A stretch of DNA of 64,000 nucleotides, taken from contig CAWHCQ010000004.1 of the NCBI GenBank assembly GCA_963827755.1, positions 96,001-160,000 on the forward strand, given 5' to 3'. The translations under genes were made by a program, and so were the position numbers. This DNA comes from an uncultured Gammaproteobacteria bacterium (GTDB taxonomy: Bacteria > Pseudomonadota > Gammaproteobacteria > UBA9214). Positions 41,647-51,656 of the stretch are shown in pieces (position 1 is the first letter of the stretch; each line of letters starts with the position of its first letter). The notes beneath the pieces were generated by a model, which was given only the letters and a program-made list of their open reading frames with translations, did not search any database and was not told where the DNA came from.

Positions 41647-42033
41647 TGTTATAATCCTGGATCTTGTCAGGTTACGAGGTGTAATCGATGAAACAGTTAT
41701 CGGCATATGGCGGGTGGTCTTGAGCCGGTTTCTGATGCCATTTGAGGGCGGCCGGGAGGGCAGGGGGCGGTACGGGTTGTGCCTGGGCAAGCTGCTAAAA
41801 GTAAACGTTATTTGTTGCGAAAGAGGCGTGTTTCGGGGGTGCCGGGGTGCCCATTCGGGCGTTGACAGCCGACCCCTGCGGTCCTCGGGCCTGTGCCATC
41901 CCGGTAACCGTGCATTTCCGGTCTCACCGGTTCATGCGCGTTTGCCGGCTGCTGCTGATGCCAGGCCTGCCCCGCTGCGGTACAGGCCATGGGTAGCCAG
42001 CCTGATCAGTGTAAAAGGTTCACGGGAATTCAA

Positions 42034-42909
42034 TTAAAGCGGGAGTTTTTCCAGGGAACTGATCTTGGTGACGCCGCCGGGTAACTTGCGCAGACGGCGT
42101 ACACCTTCACCACCGATCCAGATGTCGATATCTTCCGGTATCTGCCTGCGCAGCTCCAGTAAATGCGGGCGTATGTTCCTGTACTGGTAGGCTCCACTGA
42201 AGGTCAGACCGATGATGTCGGCACGAAACTGTTCGGCTGCACGAACGATCTGGTCCATCGGCACCTCGCCACCGAGGTTGATGATCGAGATGTCATGGGA
42301 GGAAAGCATGGCGGCCACGATCAACAGGCCCAGCGTATGTTTCTCGCCGGGCAGGGTTGCCAGCAGTACAAGGGGTTGCTTCGCGCTTTTCTGCATTCCG
42401 GCGATCCTGGTATTGAGAAACCGGATCAGTTGTTCTGACAAAAAATGTTCCTGGAAGACCTGCAGCTTGCCGCCGACCCAGAGCTCGCCGACGGTATGCA
42501 GCAGCGGCACGACCGTTGCGGTAACAAATTCTTTCATACCCGTTTTCTCATACTGCAGCTGGAACAGGGTTTCTATTTGCCCGGCATCCGCCGAGCGAAT
42601 CGCCTCGAGCATGGCGCTGACCATTTCATCAGGTGGCTGCGTATCTTCTGTCTGCAGGCTGGCCTCGAGCTCATCCATGTCGGTCTCGCTGAGTGGCAGC
42701 AGCTTGCCCGGGCGAATGCCCCGATCCAGCAATCGACGGATCCGCTGCAGCTGCCGCAGCTGCTTCTCGGGGTAGATGCGCTCGCCTTTTTCATTGCGCA
42801 CAGGCCTGGGAAAGCCATAGCGGCGTTCCCAGACCCGCAGGGTGTCGCGGCCGATGCCGGTATCCCGTTCGACCACGCCGATCGCGTGGAGCCGGCTGTT
42901 TTCAGTCAT
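42034..42909 (-). CDS. CarH/LitR-type MerR regulator with cobalamin-binding domain
   Basis: MerR HTH (TLRVWERRYGFPRP), W-x9-EH motif (LWVGGKLQVFQEH), GEKHTLG (E-x-H-x2-G). Confidence 0.9.
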   Translation of the reverse strand: MTENSRLHAIGVVERDTGIGRDTLRVWERRYGFPRPVRNEKGERIYPEKQLRQLQRIRRLLDRGIRPGKLLPLSETDMDELEASLQTEDTQPPDEMVSAMLEAIRSADAGQIETLFQLQYEKTGMKEFVTATVVPLLHTVGELWVGGKLQVFQEHFLSEQLIRFLNTRIAGMQKSAKQPLVLLATLPGEKHTLGLLIVAAMLSSHDISIINLGGEVPMDQIVRAAEQFRADIIGLTFSGAYQYRNIRPHLLELRRQIPEDIDIWIGGEGVRRLRKLPGGVTKISSLEKLPL

Positions 42910-42951
42910 TTGATTACACCTAAAAGTTCATGGTTATTAATAATAACATAA

Positions 42952-42986
42952 TTTGTCCTAGACAAAACTAAAATTCCGTGTATAGT
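42952..42986 (+). promoter_or_regulatory. Divergent promoter with palindromic operator
   Basis: TTTGTC-cta-GACAAA overlaps a -35-like TAGACA; -10 TATAGT follows after 16 bp; AT-rich spacer. Confidence 0.55.
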
Positions 42987-43046
42987 CGTGTCATGAGCAC
43001 TCTAACAGGCCCATACACCTGTCGAATATCAATGAGGAGAAATGCC

Positions 43047-43211
43047 ATGACCGGCTACGAACGTCAGATCCAGGAAACTGCAAAGTTCTATGACAACGCC
43101 ATCGCTGCGGCTGAAAGGGAAAACATCGAAGTCCTTTCGTCGGTCGTCCCCGGCAGCCGCCTGCACCAGGTCATTCACAACCCGGTCGACAGCGGTATCG
43201 ACGAAGGCTGA
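43047..43211 (+). CDS. Small acidic hypothetical protein (54 aa)
   Basis: GAGGAG RBS; first ORF after the divergent promoter. Confidence 0.55.
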   Translation: MTGYERQIQETAKFYDNAIAAAERENIEVLSSVVPGSRLHQVIHNPVDSGIDEG

Positions 43212-43229
43212 GGCGACCCGGACACACTC

Positions 43230-43613
43230 ATGTCGCACCAGGCAGTTATGGATAAACAGGTCGCCATGTTTTTCGACGGCGGTTGTCCTCTGTGTATGCG
43301 TGAGGTAATTCATTACCAGCGCATTGACCGGGCCCGGGCTGTGCGCTGGGTCGATATCAGCGCACAGCCTGAACAGCTCAAGACCTTCCACTTGAGCTAT
43401 GAAAATGCAATGGCACGTTTGCATGTGCTTGATACCGAAGGGCAGATGCACACGGGCGCAGCGGCTTTTGTGGCGCTATGGAATGTATTGCCGTACTACC
43501 GCTGGCTGGCAAGAATAGTCCGCTACACCGGGCTTGTTCCGCTTCTCGAGATGGTCTATCGGCCATTTGCCCGCTGGCGGCTGGCCCGGCGTCGCAACAA
43601 CTGCCCTGTCTGA
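43230..43613 (+). CDS. DUF393/DCC thiol-disulfide oxidoreductase
   Basis: FFDGGCPLC (DxxCxxC), LHV, GAAAFVALW, YRPFARWR. Confidence 0.9.
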   Translation: MSHQAVMDKQVAMFFDGGCPLCMREVIHYQRIDRARAVRWVDISAQPEQLKTFHLSYENAMARLHVLDTEGQMHTGAAAFVALWNVLPYYRWLARIVRYTGLVPLLEMVYRPFARWRLARRRNNCPV

Positions 43614-43625
43614 GGCTCGACCAGT

Positions 43626-43850
43626 ATGCTCCCGGTTTTTGATTGCACCACGGAGCTGGGCTGGTTCCGGTTCGCAGTTGGCATGGCCGGATCTGCCCTG
43701 GCCGCATTCTTCCTGCTCTGGTTGCTGGCTGGCTGGATCGGTTGGGTGCCCACACTGGTAGATATCTTTGGTGTCGTCGGGATGAGGACACCGGCATCGT
43801 TTACCGTTGCCGGACTGTTGCTGGCGGCCATCGCGTTCTGGGAATGTTAA
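43626..43850 (+). CDS. Small membrane protein (74 aa)
   Basis: GAGG RBS, two hydrophobic helices, 12-bp gap after DUF393. Confidence 0.6.
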   Translation: MLPVFDCTTELGWFRFAVGMAGSALAAFFLLWLLAGWIGWVPTLVDIFGVVGMRTPASFTVAGLLLAAIAFWEC

Positions 43851-43894
43851 GAGAAATCCCGATCAACAAATCAACCAAGAGGAGGAATAGCATC

Positions 43895-44077
43895 ATGTTC
43901 AAGCTGTCAGATTTTTTTATTCTAGTTGCCGTGGTCGTCTCGTTTGCCGTATCGGCCTATCTATGGTTCAACGGCTTTACTGAGCAGGGCATATTCACCG
44001 CGATCTGGGTACCTTCCATTCTCGCATTCGGTATTTACTTCAAGCTTTCGGCGCTACTGGCCAGGAGGGAAACATAA
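43895..44077 (+). CDS. Small membrane protein (60 aa)
   Basis: GAGGAGG RBS; MFKLSDFFILVAVVVSF...WVPSILAFG; stop overlaps the next start (TAATG). Confidence 0.72.
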   Translation: MFKLSDFFILVAVVVSFAVSAYLWFNGFTEQGIFTAIWVPSILAFGIYFKLSALLARRET

Positions 44078-44268
44078 TGACCGAGCCCAACATTCTCTAC
44101 CCCGCAATATTTGTGTTCAGCATGCTGCTGATTGGACTTTTACTGACCATCTGGGAGTTTTCACGTCTGCAAAAGTCGACCAGCAGGAGCAAGCAGGAGA
44201 AGCGGGGTGCCAACCCCGGGTCTGGTGGTTCCGATGCCCGGCTGCACAAGGCCTCCGGCTTCCAGTGA
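44077..44268 (+). CDS. Small single-TM protein (63 aa)
   Basis: AGGAGG RBS, translational coupling, TM helix ending in TIWEF. Confidence 0.68.
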   Translation: MTEPNILYPAIFVFSMLLIGLLLTIWEFSRLQKSTSRSKQEKRGANPGSGGSDARLHKASGFQ

Positions 44269-44317
44269 CCTGCAAGGCCTTGAACTTTTATATTCTGCAG
44301 CCATGAAGGAGATCATT

Positions 44318-44936
44318 ATGAACGGGTACATTCCGAACGGACGGGGCGCCGCAGTTGCCCTGTGTATGGCAGTGATGCTGAACGCACCCGGCATCGCATT
44401 CGCCGGGCCGGGGTGCATGAACGACCAGCGGGCATCCAGGGGTTTTTACCCCTACAACCCGATGCCCCCGCAGACCGCTTATCCGCAGGGACGCCCGTAC
44501 GGGTACCAGGCAGCGCCGCCCGTGCACGCCGGGTGGATGGCTGCTCCCTACCGGGGGCCTGCGTATGCCCGGCCGCACTAACCCCGCCGCCAGCGGCGAG
44601 CCGGCGGCGGTTGCCTCGCCCGGCAGCGAAGGGCTGATCGCAGTCGGCAATGACAGCAAGGCTGCCGCTGAAACCATTACCGTGCGCATCAGCGGCATGC
44701 GTTTCGAGCCCGCGAACCTGACCGTTAAACCGGGTACCACTGTTCGATGGGTGCAGAACGACCGCATGCCGCATACCGTCACCGGCAAGGGCAATGCGCT
44801 GCGCTCAAACACCCTGCAGATGAGCCAGGCTTACAGCTACACGTTTAATGAAGCAGGCCAGTTCGACTACGCCTGTGATTTCCATCCCGCGATGCAGGGT
44901 GTTGTCTCGGTGAAGGAAAGCGGGCTGGATACCTGA
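44318..44936 (+). CDS. Exported cupredoxin (plastocyanin/amicyanin-like; frameshift near 44575)
   Basis: Signal peptide, Pro/Tyr-rich linker, then FEP..LTVKPG, MPHTV and type-1 copper ligands in CDFHPAM. Confidence 0.8.
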
Positions 44937-44985
44937 TCGGGCCACCGCCCTGTCGCGCATTCGATCCGTGATCCGGGGATAAGGC

Positions 44986-45693
44986 ATGAACATCGTGATC
45001 ACAGGCGGCACGGGCGGTATTGGCGGGGCCTTTGTCGAGGCCCTTGCCAGGCGAAAGCAGGTGAACAGGATCATCGCCACCGGGAGGCGCAAGCCGCCCG
45101 GCAACACCGACCCGAAAGTCACCTGGCACAGACTGGACCTCGGTGATGAAGACGCCGTTCGCGACTGGGCGCAACAGCTGGATGAAATTGACTGGCTGAT
45201 CAACGCCGCGGGTATCCTGCACACGCCGACACACGGCCCCGAAAAGACCGTCCGCCAGGTTGATCCTGAATTCTTTCTCGAAAACATGCGCAGCAATACC
45301 GTGCCCACCCTGTTGCTGGCCAAGTATCTGCACGGCAATTTCAGGCACGGGCGGCCGTCTGTTTTCGCAACCGTATCCGCGAAGGTCGGCAGTATCGAGG
45401 ATAATCGCCTCGGCGGCTGGTACAGTTACCGCGCTTCCAAAGCGGCGCTGAACATGTGCCTGAAGACGCTTGCCATCGAGTGGGCGCGAACGCTGCCCAA
45501 CGTTGCGGTGGCCGCCTTGCATCCAGGGACCACGGATACCGGCTTGTCGAAACCCTTTCAGCGCAATGTGCCGCCGCAGCAGCTGTTCTCCCCGGGGCAA
45601 AGCGTGGACTACATGCTTGATGTTCTGGGCAGTCTCATACCGGCGCAATCGGGACGCTTCCTGGCCTTTGACGGGGAGCGGCTCCCGTGGTGA
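44986..45693 (+). CDS. Short-chain dehydrogenase (CsgA/C-factor-like)
   Basis: TGGTGGIG, INAAGILH, GGWYSYRASKAALN, LHPGTTDT. Confidence 0.9.
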   Translation: MNIVITGGTGGIGGAFVEALARRKQVNRIIATGRRKPPGNTDPKVTWHRLDLGDEDAVRDWAQQLDEIDWLINAAGILHTPTHGPEKTVRQVDPEFFLENMRSNTVPTLLLAKYLHGNFRHGRPSVFATVSAKVGSIEDNRLGGWYSYRASKAALNMCLKTLAIEWARTLPNVAVAALHPGTTDTGLSKPFQRNVPPQQLFSPGQSVDYMLDVLGSLIPAQSGRFLAFDGERLPW

Positions 45694-45872
45694 AAGACCC
45701 CGGATTCGACTCGGGATATGAAGCCGGGGATATCGGGATTGTCGGCGTCGCGGCATGGGAACAGGCCGATCCGGCTGATGCACCGGCGGGGCAAAGCGCG
45801 CAAAGACGATGATTCTTTTCAGGGCCTGCAGTGTGTGGTCCCTCATCCCTTACCCTGTTTTATTGCGCAGGT

Positions 45873-46526
45873 TCAGTGTCGAGTGACCGACCCGGGTGCA
45901 TCGAGCTGGCTGTCCAGCAGGGCGGTAAAGGTAAACAGGCGCTCGGCGGGTTCAACCGTTTCCAGCAGTACTTGCTTGTCCTGTTCGCTGAGCGGTAGCG
46001 CCATGCTCAGGCTGTTCACCAGGCTGACAATCGACAGGCGCTCCAGCAAGGCCCAGTCGGTCTCCAGCCCTTTGGCCTCGCAATAGCGTTTCAGCGTGCG
46101 CATCAGGAGGTCCTGTTCATTGTGCAACTTGCCCTCGTGATCGGCGTAGTCGTCACTGAAGCGCGACCAGTCCGGGACAATCACTCGATAGCCGCGAGTG
46201 GTCGGCAGCTCCTCAACGAGATCGTAACGACACACGCCGCTGAGCACCATGTCGATGCAGCCGTCGCTGGTTTCGCGATACCGGGTGATCCGTCCGGCGC
46301 AACCGGTGTGGCAGAGACCGGTTGCGTCCCCGGCAACCGGGTCGGGCTGGATCATGCCGATCATGCGATGGGTGCCGAGGGCGTCGCTGACCATGTTGAG
46401 ATAGCGTGGTTCGAAAATGTGCAAGGGCAGCTCGTTGCCCGGCATAACGATCGCGCCCGCCAGTGGAAAGACCGGCAGTGTCCCCGGCAACTGGTCAAAG
46501 GGTGCTATGAACGGATTGAAACTCAC
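45873..46526 (-). CDS. LON peptidase substrate-binding domain protein
   Basis: GTG start after GGAGG; LPVFPL, LPLHIFEPRYLNMV, GCAGRI, DKQVLLE. Confidence 0.88.
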   Translation of the reverse strand: MSFNPFIAPFDQLPGTLPVFPLAGAIVMPGNELPLHIFEPRYLNMVSDALGTHRMIGMIQPDPVAGDATGLCHTGCAGRITRYRETSDGCIDMVLSGVCRYDLVEELPTTRGYRVIVPDWSRFSDDYADHEGKLHNEQDLLMRTLKRYCEAKGLETDWALLERLSIVSLVNSLSMALPLSEQDKQVLLETVEPAERLFTFTALLDSQLDAPGSVTRH

Positions 46527-46699
46527 GAACCACCTCCCGGGCGTCTTGCCCTGTGTAGCCCATACTATCAGCTTCGGCCAGATCGATTGTCCTGCATGAA
46601 ATGTACAGTCCCCCTGCAGGATCCACGAAAACTTTGACCACACCTTCAGGAAATCGTTCGCCTGACGGTTCCGGTTCAAGTCACCCCGGCCAGACAAGT

Positions 46700-47006
46700 C
46701 CTGCCGCCGGTAGAGGACCAGGGCATTGTCTGCCAGGCATTTCGCGCCACCTGCAGCACTGCTTGTCCCGACAAGCCGTGCGGCCAGGTCCAGCCATGCA
46801 ATGACCAGGGGCAGTTCCTGTTCACGGTGTTGTTGCAGTGTTTGCTGCAGCAGCGGCTGCCAGTCGTGGCGTTGTGCGCTGCTGGTGTTGACGGTTTTCC
46901 AGGCGTAATATTCGAGTTGCCAGTCCGCGTTGCGGTAAACCAGTTGGGTGCTGCTGCAGGCGGTGCCAGGCACCGTCACCAGTAAAACGGCGGCGATGCG
47001 TATCAT
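46700..47006 (-). pseudogene. Truncated lipoprotein (DUF6279-like N-terminus) reading in frame into the LON gene
   Basis: Lipobox-like TACSS, LVYRNADW, QHREQELP; recognisable similarity stops after about 100 aa. Confidence 0.5.
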
Positions 47007-47043
47007 CGACCGATTGTCAGCTTAAGTACAGGAAGAATTTTTC

Positions 47044-48168
47044 ATGAAATCCGGATACCGGGGGCTGAGCGAATTTGAGCACGGGCGCATGCCGCGGCTG
47101 GGGGTTGTGCTGGTCAACCTGGGTACGCCGCAAGCGCCCACGGCGGCTGCGTTGCGGCGCTACCTGGGCGAGTTTCTCTCCGATCCCCGCGTGGTCGAGA
47201 TTCCGCAACTGCTCTGGAAAATCATCCTGCACGGCATCATCCTGCGGGTGCGGCCGAAAAAATCCGCCCGCGCCTATGCCAGTGTCTGGACCGATGCAGG
47301 TTCACCGCTGCGTGCATTTTCCGAGGCGCTGACGCTGAAGGTGCGGGAAGAACTGGAACAGCTTCTGCCCGGCCCGGTCTCTGTTGTTCTTGCCATGCGC
47401 TATGGTGAGCCGGCAATTGACGAGGTGCTGGTGAAGCTGCAGGAGGAGGGTGTCGAACGTCTCCTGGTGCTGCCTTTGTACCCCCAGTATTCGGGCGCGA
47501 CCACGGGCTCGGTTGCCGATGCGGTATTCAGCAGCCTCGGCCGCTGGCGCTGGGTGCCCGAGTTGCGCCTGATGGGTGCTTACCACGACGATCCCGGTTA
47601 CATCCAGGCCATTGCCGATTCGATTCGCAGCCACCGGGAAACCCATGGCAGCAGTGATAAATTGCTCATCTCCTTTCATGGCATGCCCGAGGCCACGTTG
47701 AAAAAGGGTGATCCCTACCATTGCCACTGTCAAAAAACCGCGCGCCTGGTAGCCGAAGCACTCGGCCTTGAAAAAGCGCAATGGGAAATCGCCTTTCAGT
47801 CGCGCTTCGGGCGGGCTGCCTGGCTGCAACCCTACGTGGTGGAACGCCTCGAGGCATTACCCGCGGAAGGGGTCAGGCACCTGACGGTTGTTTGTCCGGG
47901 CTTTGCCAGTGATTGCCTGGAGACGCTGGAGGAAATCGACATGCAGGGTAGGGAAAGTTTCCTGCAGGCCGGCGGTGAACGCTTTGACTACGTGCCGGCC
48001 CTGAACGCTGAGGCCGCGCATGCGCGTCTGCAGGCTGCAAGGATACAGCAGCACGCCTCGGGCTGGCCTGAATCCAGTGTCGGTTTTGACCGGCAGCGGC
48101 TCGAGGATGAACTGGCTGTCTCCAGGCGTCAGGCACTGGCCGCCGGGGCGAAAGGCCGGACGAGCTGA
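47044..48168 (+). CDS. hemH: Ferrochelatase
   Basis: LVNLGTP, FLSDPRVVE, LPLYPQYS, SFHGMP, FQSRFG, DCLETLEEI. Confidence 0.95.
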   Translation: MKSGYRGLSEFEHGRMPRLGVVLVNLGTPQAPTAAALRRYLGEFLSDPRVVEIPQLLWKIILHGIILRVRPKKSARAYASVWTDAGSPLRAFSEALTLKVREELEQLLPGPVSVVLAMRYGEPAIDEVLVKLQEEGVERLLVLPLYPQYSGATTGSVADAVFSSLGRWRWVPELRLMGAYHDDPGYIQAIADSIRSHRETHGSSDKLLISFHGMPEATLKKGDPYHCHCQKTARLVAEALGLEKAQWEIAFQSRFGRAAWLQPYVVERLEALPAEGVRHLTVVCPGFASDCLETLEEIDMQGRESFLQAGGERFDYVPALNAEAAHARLQAARIQQHASGWPESSVGFDRQRLEDELAVSRRQALAAGAKGRTS

Positions 48169-48315
48169 TCCATGGGACAGCCCGAATAGCCATGGCCCGT
48201 GGACAGACACCGCTGCCTGTGAGGATGTGCAGCATGAATACAGTCGCTGTTTGCGCCCGCTCGCAGACACAGGGGCATGTGGGGTGATCAGCGAGCGCAA
48301 TGCGATGAGGAAACC

Positions 48316-49590
48316 ATGAACGCAAACATGCAAAACCTCGAGGATGACAGGGTGCTCGAAAACCAGGGGCTGGCGGCACTGACATTCACGCTGCAGTGGT
48401 CGGACGGCCGGGCCGTGCATGAAGATGAAATGTATGTCGATAATTTCAGTGTCTGGCGCGAGGCGGATTTTCTGCCCGCGACCATTGGTGCGAAGCTTTC
48501 CGGGATGCGCCCCGGTGATTCTGCGCAGGCTGAATTGCCTGCCGGAGAGGCGACGGGCGCCTGGAATGCCGGCCGACAGGTTTGCGGCAGTCCTGCCGGC
48601 TTCGACCGTGAATATCGCCGCGGTCTCGAGGTGCTGCCGCGTTACGGGCGTTTTTATCCCGAGGGGTTTTTTCACGGCTTTCCGGGGATCGTACGCGAGG
48701 CCGTCGGGCCGGCGCGCATTACAGCGCTGGATGACACGACGATGTGTGTGGACCTGAATCACCCGCTCGCCCGTTTTCCATTGCAGGTGTCCTGCCGGCT
48801 GGTGCGCGTGTTGCCCGGTTCCGACAGGCGGGGCGGGCGCTGTACCAGTCCGCTTGACGACCTGGTCCGCTTTCCGGGCCTCGCCGCACCGGTCCATGAC
48901 GGCCTGGATACCGACTTCGGCGACAATGAGCACGGTCTGGCGCGCCTGGATGAACGGGCAGATGATGCCTTCTATGCAAATCCCCGCATGGTGCAGCACC
49001 TGGATACGCGTGCACTGGCAGCGGTCAATGCGCTCTACAGGCGCCTGATCCCGGCAGAGGCTGACGCCCTTGATCTGATGGCAAGCCACGATTCACATCT
49101 GCAAGGCTGTTCGCTGCAGAGTCTGCAGGTGCTCGGTATGAACGCCGCTGAACTCCAGGCCAATGCGCCGGCGACTGCACGGGTGGTGCAGGACCTGAAC
49201 CAGGAGCCGACGCTGCCTTTTGCAGAGGCGAGCCTGGATGCAGTCATCTGCACGGCATCCGTGGAATACCTTGTCGAGCCGCAAAAAGTCTTTGCCGGGG
49301 TCCTGCGCATCCTGCGCCCCGGTGGCATTTTCGTGCTGACTTTCAGCAACCGCTGGTTCCCGACCAAGGCCATTCGAGTGTGGAGCGAACTGCACGAGTT
49401 CGAACGGCTCGGCATGGTTACGCAGTGGTTGCAGCTTGCAGGGTTTGAAGGCCTGCACAGCCATTCGTCCCGGGGCTGGGCGCGCCCGAATGATGACCCG
49501 CATCGCGGCGAGACCGCGGTGTCGGACCCGGTCTATGCCGCCTGGGGTTTCAGGCCCGGCATGCGCGTGCCGGGCGCTCATGGCCCCTGA
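48316..49590 (+). CDS. Class I SAM-dependent methyltransferase with FKBP/SlyD-like N-terminal region
   Basis: VDLNHPLA (SlyD-like), FYANPRMVQHLD, DLMAS, DLN, SVEYL, FSNRWFPTKA. Confidence 0.85.
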   Translation: MNANMQNLEDDRVLENQGLAALTFTLQWSDGRAVHEDEMYVDNFSVWREADFLPATIGAKLSGMRPGDSAQAELPAGEATGAWNAGRQVCGSPAGFDREYRRGLEVLPRYGRFYPEGFFHGFPGIVREAVGPARITALDDTTMCVDLNHPLARFPLQVSCRLVRVLPGSDRRGGRCTSPLDDLVRFPGLAAPVHDGLDTDFGDNEHGLARLDERADDAFYANPRMVQHLDTRALAAVNALYRRLIPAEADALDLMASHDSHLQGCSLQSLQVLGMNAAELQANAPATARVVQDLNQEPTLPFAEASLDAVICTASVEYLVEPQKVFAGVLRILRPGGIFVLTFSNRWFPTKAIRVWSELHEFERLGMVTQWLQLAGFEGLHSHSSRGWARPNDDPHRGETAVSDPVYAAWGFRPGMRVPGAHGP

Positions 49591-51656
49591 ATATCCAGTT
49601 GCCTTGCCATGGGGGAGTCCCGCACCGGTAAATGCTGCTTGAGGATGTTGGTCATTCCCGGCTTGTTGAAGGCAAGCACGCCATAGCCGCCGTAATGCGG
49701 CAGTTTTGCCGCCAGTAAAGCGATCACCTCTGCAGTATCTGCACCGATAAAGCCCAGGGGTGTGCGGCTGTTGTCCGGATCAAGCAGCACCACGGCATGT
49801 TCACCTGCAGTGAACTTTTCGCTGCCGATCAGTGCTGTACGGCCGGAGATATGTTGCGTTGTTGAAGAGAAACGCGTGCCATTTTCGTCAAGCAAGCTGT
49901 TTTGCCAGCCCAGCAACCAGGCAGCCGTGTCATCGGGCAAGGTTTGCAATGCGTTGTCGTCAACAAGCTCCACGTTTTTATAACGTCCGGACCAGGCAGT
50001 CGCCAGCTGCCGCCATGCGCGGACCTGTTCTTCCGGTGCATTCGCCGGCAATACCAGCAATTGCTTTTTAGCACCAAACAAGCGGCCCAGTGATGCAGGT
50101 CGTTCACCCGGGTGCAGCAGGCGAAATACATCATAGTCAGGATCGAGAACAATCGACCGCGGGCGCTGCCTGTATTTCAGGCTGATGAGCGCGTGTTTTC
50201 CTGAAAGCGTTACCAGCTCGCGCACAGCCTTGTCGCTGTTTTCCAGCTCCACCTCGAGCGGCAGTTGCAGCGTGTAGCCGGGGCCTGGCTGGGTTTGTTC
50301 GATATTCACGGATAAAAGATAGCCATCCGCCAGCTTGCCGAGCGCGACATCCGTCAGGGCTATTTCAGGTGCGCCGGTTCGATAGAGCCATTGTTCGACA
50401 AAGGTGTCGAGCCCGCCATGATTGCCCGCATGCAACTGCCGGAGAACGTCGACAAAGTTCGCGGGCCTGAAGCGGAAATCTTGCCACAATTTCCTGACAT
50501 TCAGGTTGAATTGTTCGTCACCCGTCTGCCTTCTCAACATATGGAACAGCATCATTGACTTGCTGTAACCGACTGCCTGGCTGGCTTCATCATGCCGTGA
50601 TTTGAAGTCGGCAAGCGCAAAATCACGCTCACTTGCTGCAAAATTGGCGTAGCGCTCCAGCGCCTTGCGCCGATATTCACCGCCCTTGCCCTGTTGCTCG
50701 CTGCCCAGGTGATCCGACATGTAGGCGGTGAGACCCTCGCTCCAGTTACCCTTCGAGAAATCGATATAAACGCCATTGCCCCACCAGTTATGAAGGATTT
50801 CATGTGGCAGCGAGGTGGTGAGAATGAACGGCAGGCGCATCACCCGGGAGCCAAGCAGGGTAAACGAGGGCATGCCATAACCGGTCTGCCAGCGGTTTTC
50901 GACAACCGCGAACCTGGCATACGGGTAAGGACCGATCCACTTGCTGTACATGCCCAGGTATTCCGCACTTGCCTGCAGGTAAGCCTGTGCCAGTTCCGCA
51001 TCGGCATCGTACAGGTAAACGTCGAGTTCGATTCCGTCGTGGTTCGTCGAGTAGCGGGTGAAGGCAGCGCCAAGCAGGTAGATATCTTCCTGTGGCCGGG
51101 GCATGCTGAAGGTGAAACGGCCAGCATGGCCCCGGCGCTTGCCCTGGCTGACTATTTCCCAGTTTTCCGGGGCATCGACCTGCAGCCTGAAGGTGTAGCG
51201 GGGATAATTTTCAAACCGGGGGATCCAGTGACTGGCACCATCGAGGTAGACACCGTCCGGGCCGAAAACCGATTCGGGCATGGCGAAAGGTCCCCCCGTA
51301 GCGGCAGATTTGATACTGCCTTCGTAGCCGAGCCGGACCGATCCATCTGCCGGCAGTTTTTCAAGCCGGTAGTGGTGCAAACGGGATGCCGGGTTTTCCT
51401 CAAGCAATGTGAGTTCAACCCCGTCTGCTTTTACCGCCAGGGTGCTTCGCAGTGAAAAGACGACACTTTCGGTACCGGCGGGGAATTTTATATAATCGAT
51501 TACCTCGATGCGGGATTGTTCCGCCAGCAGCTTTACATGCAATTCATGGTGGATGGTTTCTGACGCGAGCGCGTGCGAAACTGTCAGCATGATAAACAGG
51601 GGAATCCAGGGAATCCCGCCATGAGCCAGTCCGGACCTGCTTGCTTGAAACTTCAT
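49578..51656 (-). CDS. M1-family aminopeptidase
   Basis: GYGMP, HEILHNWWGN (HExxH), WSEGLTAY, VGYSK. Confidence 0.9.
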   Translation of the reverse strand: MKFQASRSGLAHGGIPWIPLFIMLTVSHALASETIHHELHVKLLAEQSRIEVIDYIKFPAGTESVVFSLRSTLAVKADGVELTLLEENPASRLHHYRLEKLPADGSVRLGYEGSIKSAATGGPFAMPESVFGPDGVYLDGASHWIPRFENYPRYTFRLQVDAPENWEIVSQGKRRGHAGRFTFSMPRPQEDIYLLGAAFTRYSTNHDGIELDVYLYDADAELAQAYLQASAEYLGMYSKWIGPYPYARFAVVENRWQTGYGMPSFTLLGSRVMRLPFILTTSLPHEILHNWWGNGVYIDFSKGNWSEGLTAYMSDHLGSEQQGKGGEYRRKALERYANFAASERDFALADFKSRHDEASQAVGYSKSMMLFHMLRRQTGDEQFNLNVRKLWQDFRFRPANFVDVLRQLHAGNHGGLDTFVEQWLYRTGAPEIALTDVALGKLADGYLLSVNIEQTQPGPGYTLQLPLEVELENSDKAVRELVTLSGKHALISLKYRQRPRSIVLDPDYDVFRLLHPGERPASLGRLFGAKKQLLVLPANAPEEQVRAWRQLATAWSGRYKNVELVDDNALQTLPDDTAAWLLGWQNSLLDENGTRFSSTTQHISGRTALIGSEKFTAGEHAVVLLDPDNSRTPLGFIGADTAEVIALLAAKLPHYGGYGVLAFNKPGMTNILKQHLPVRDSPMARQLDIQGP

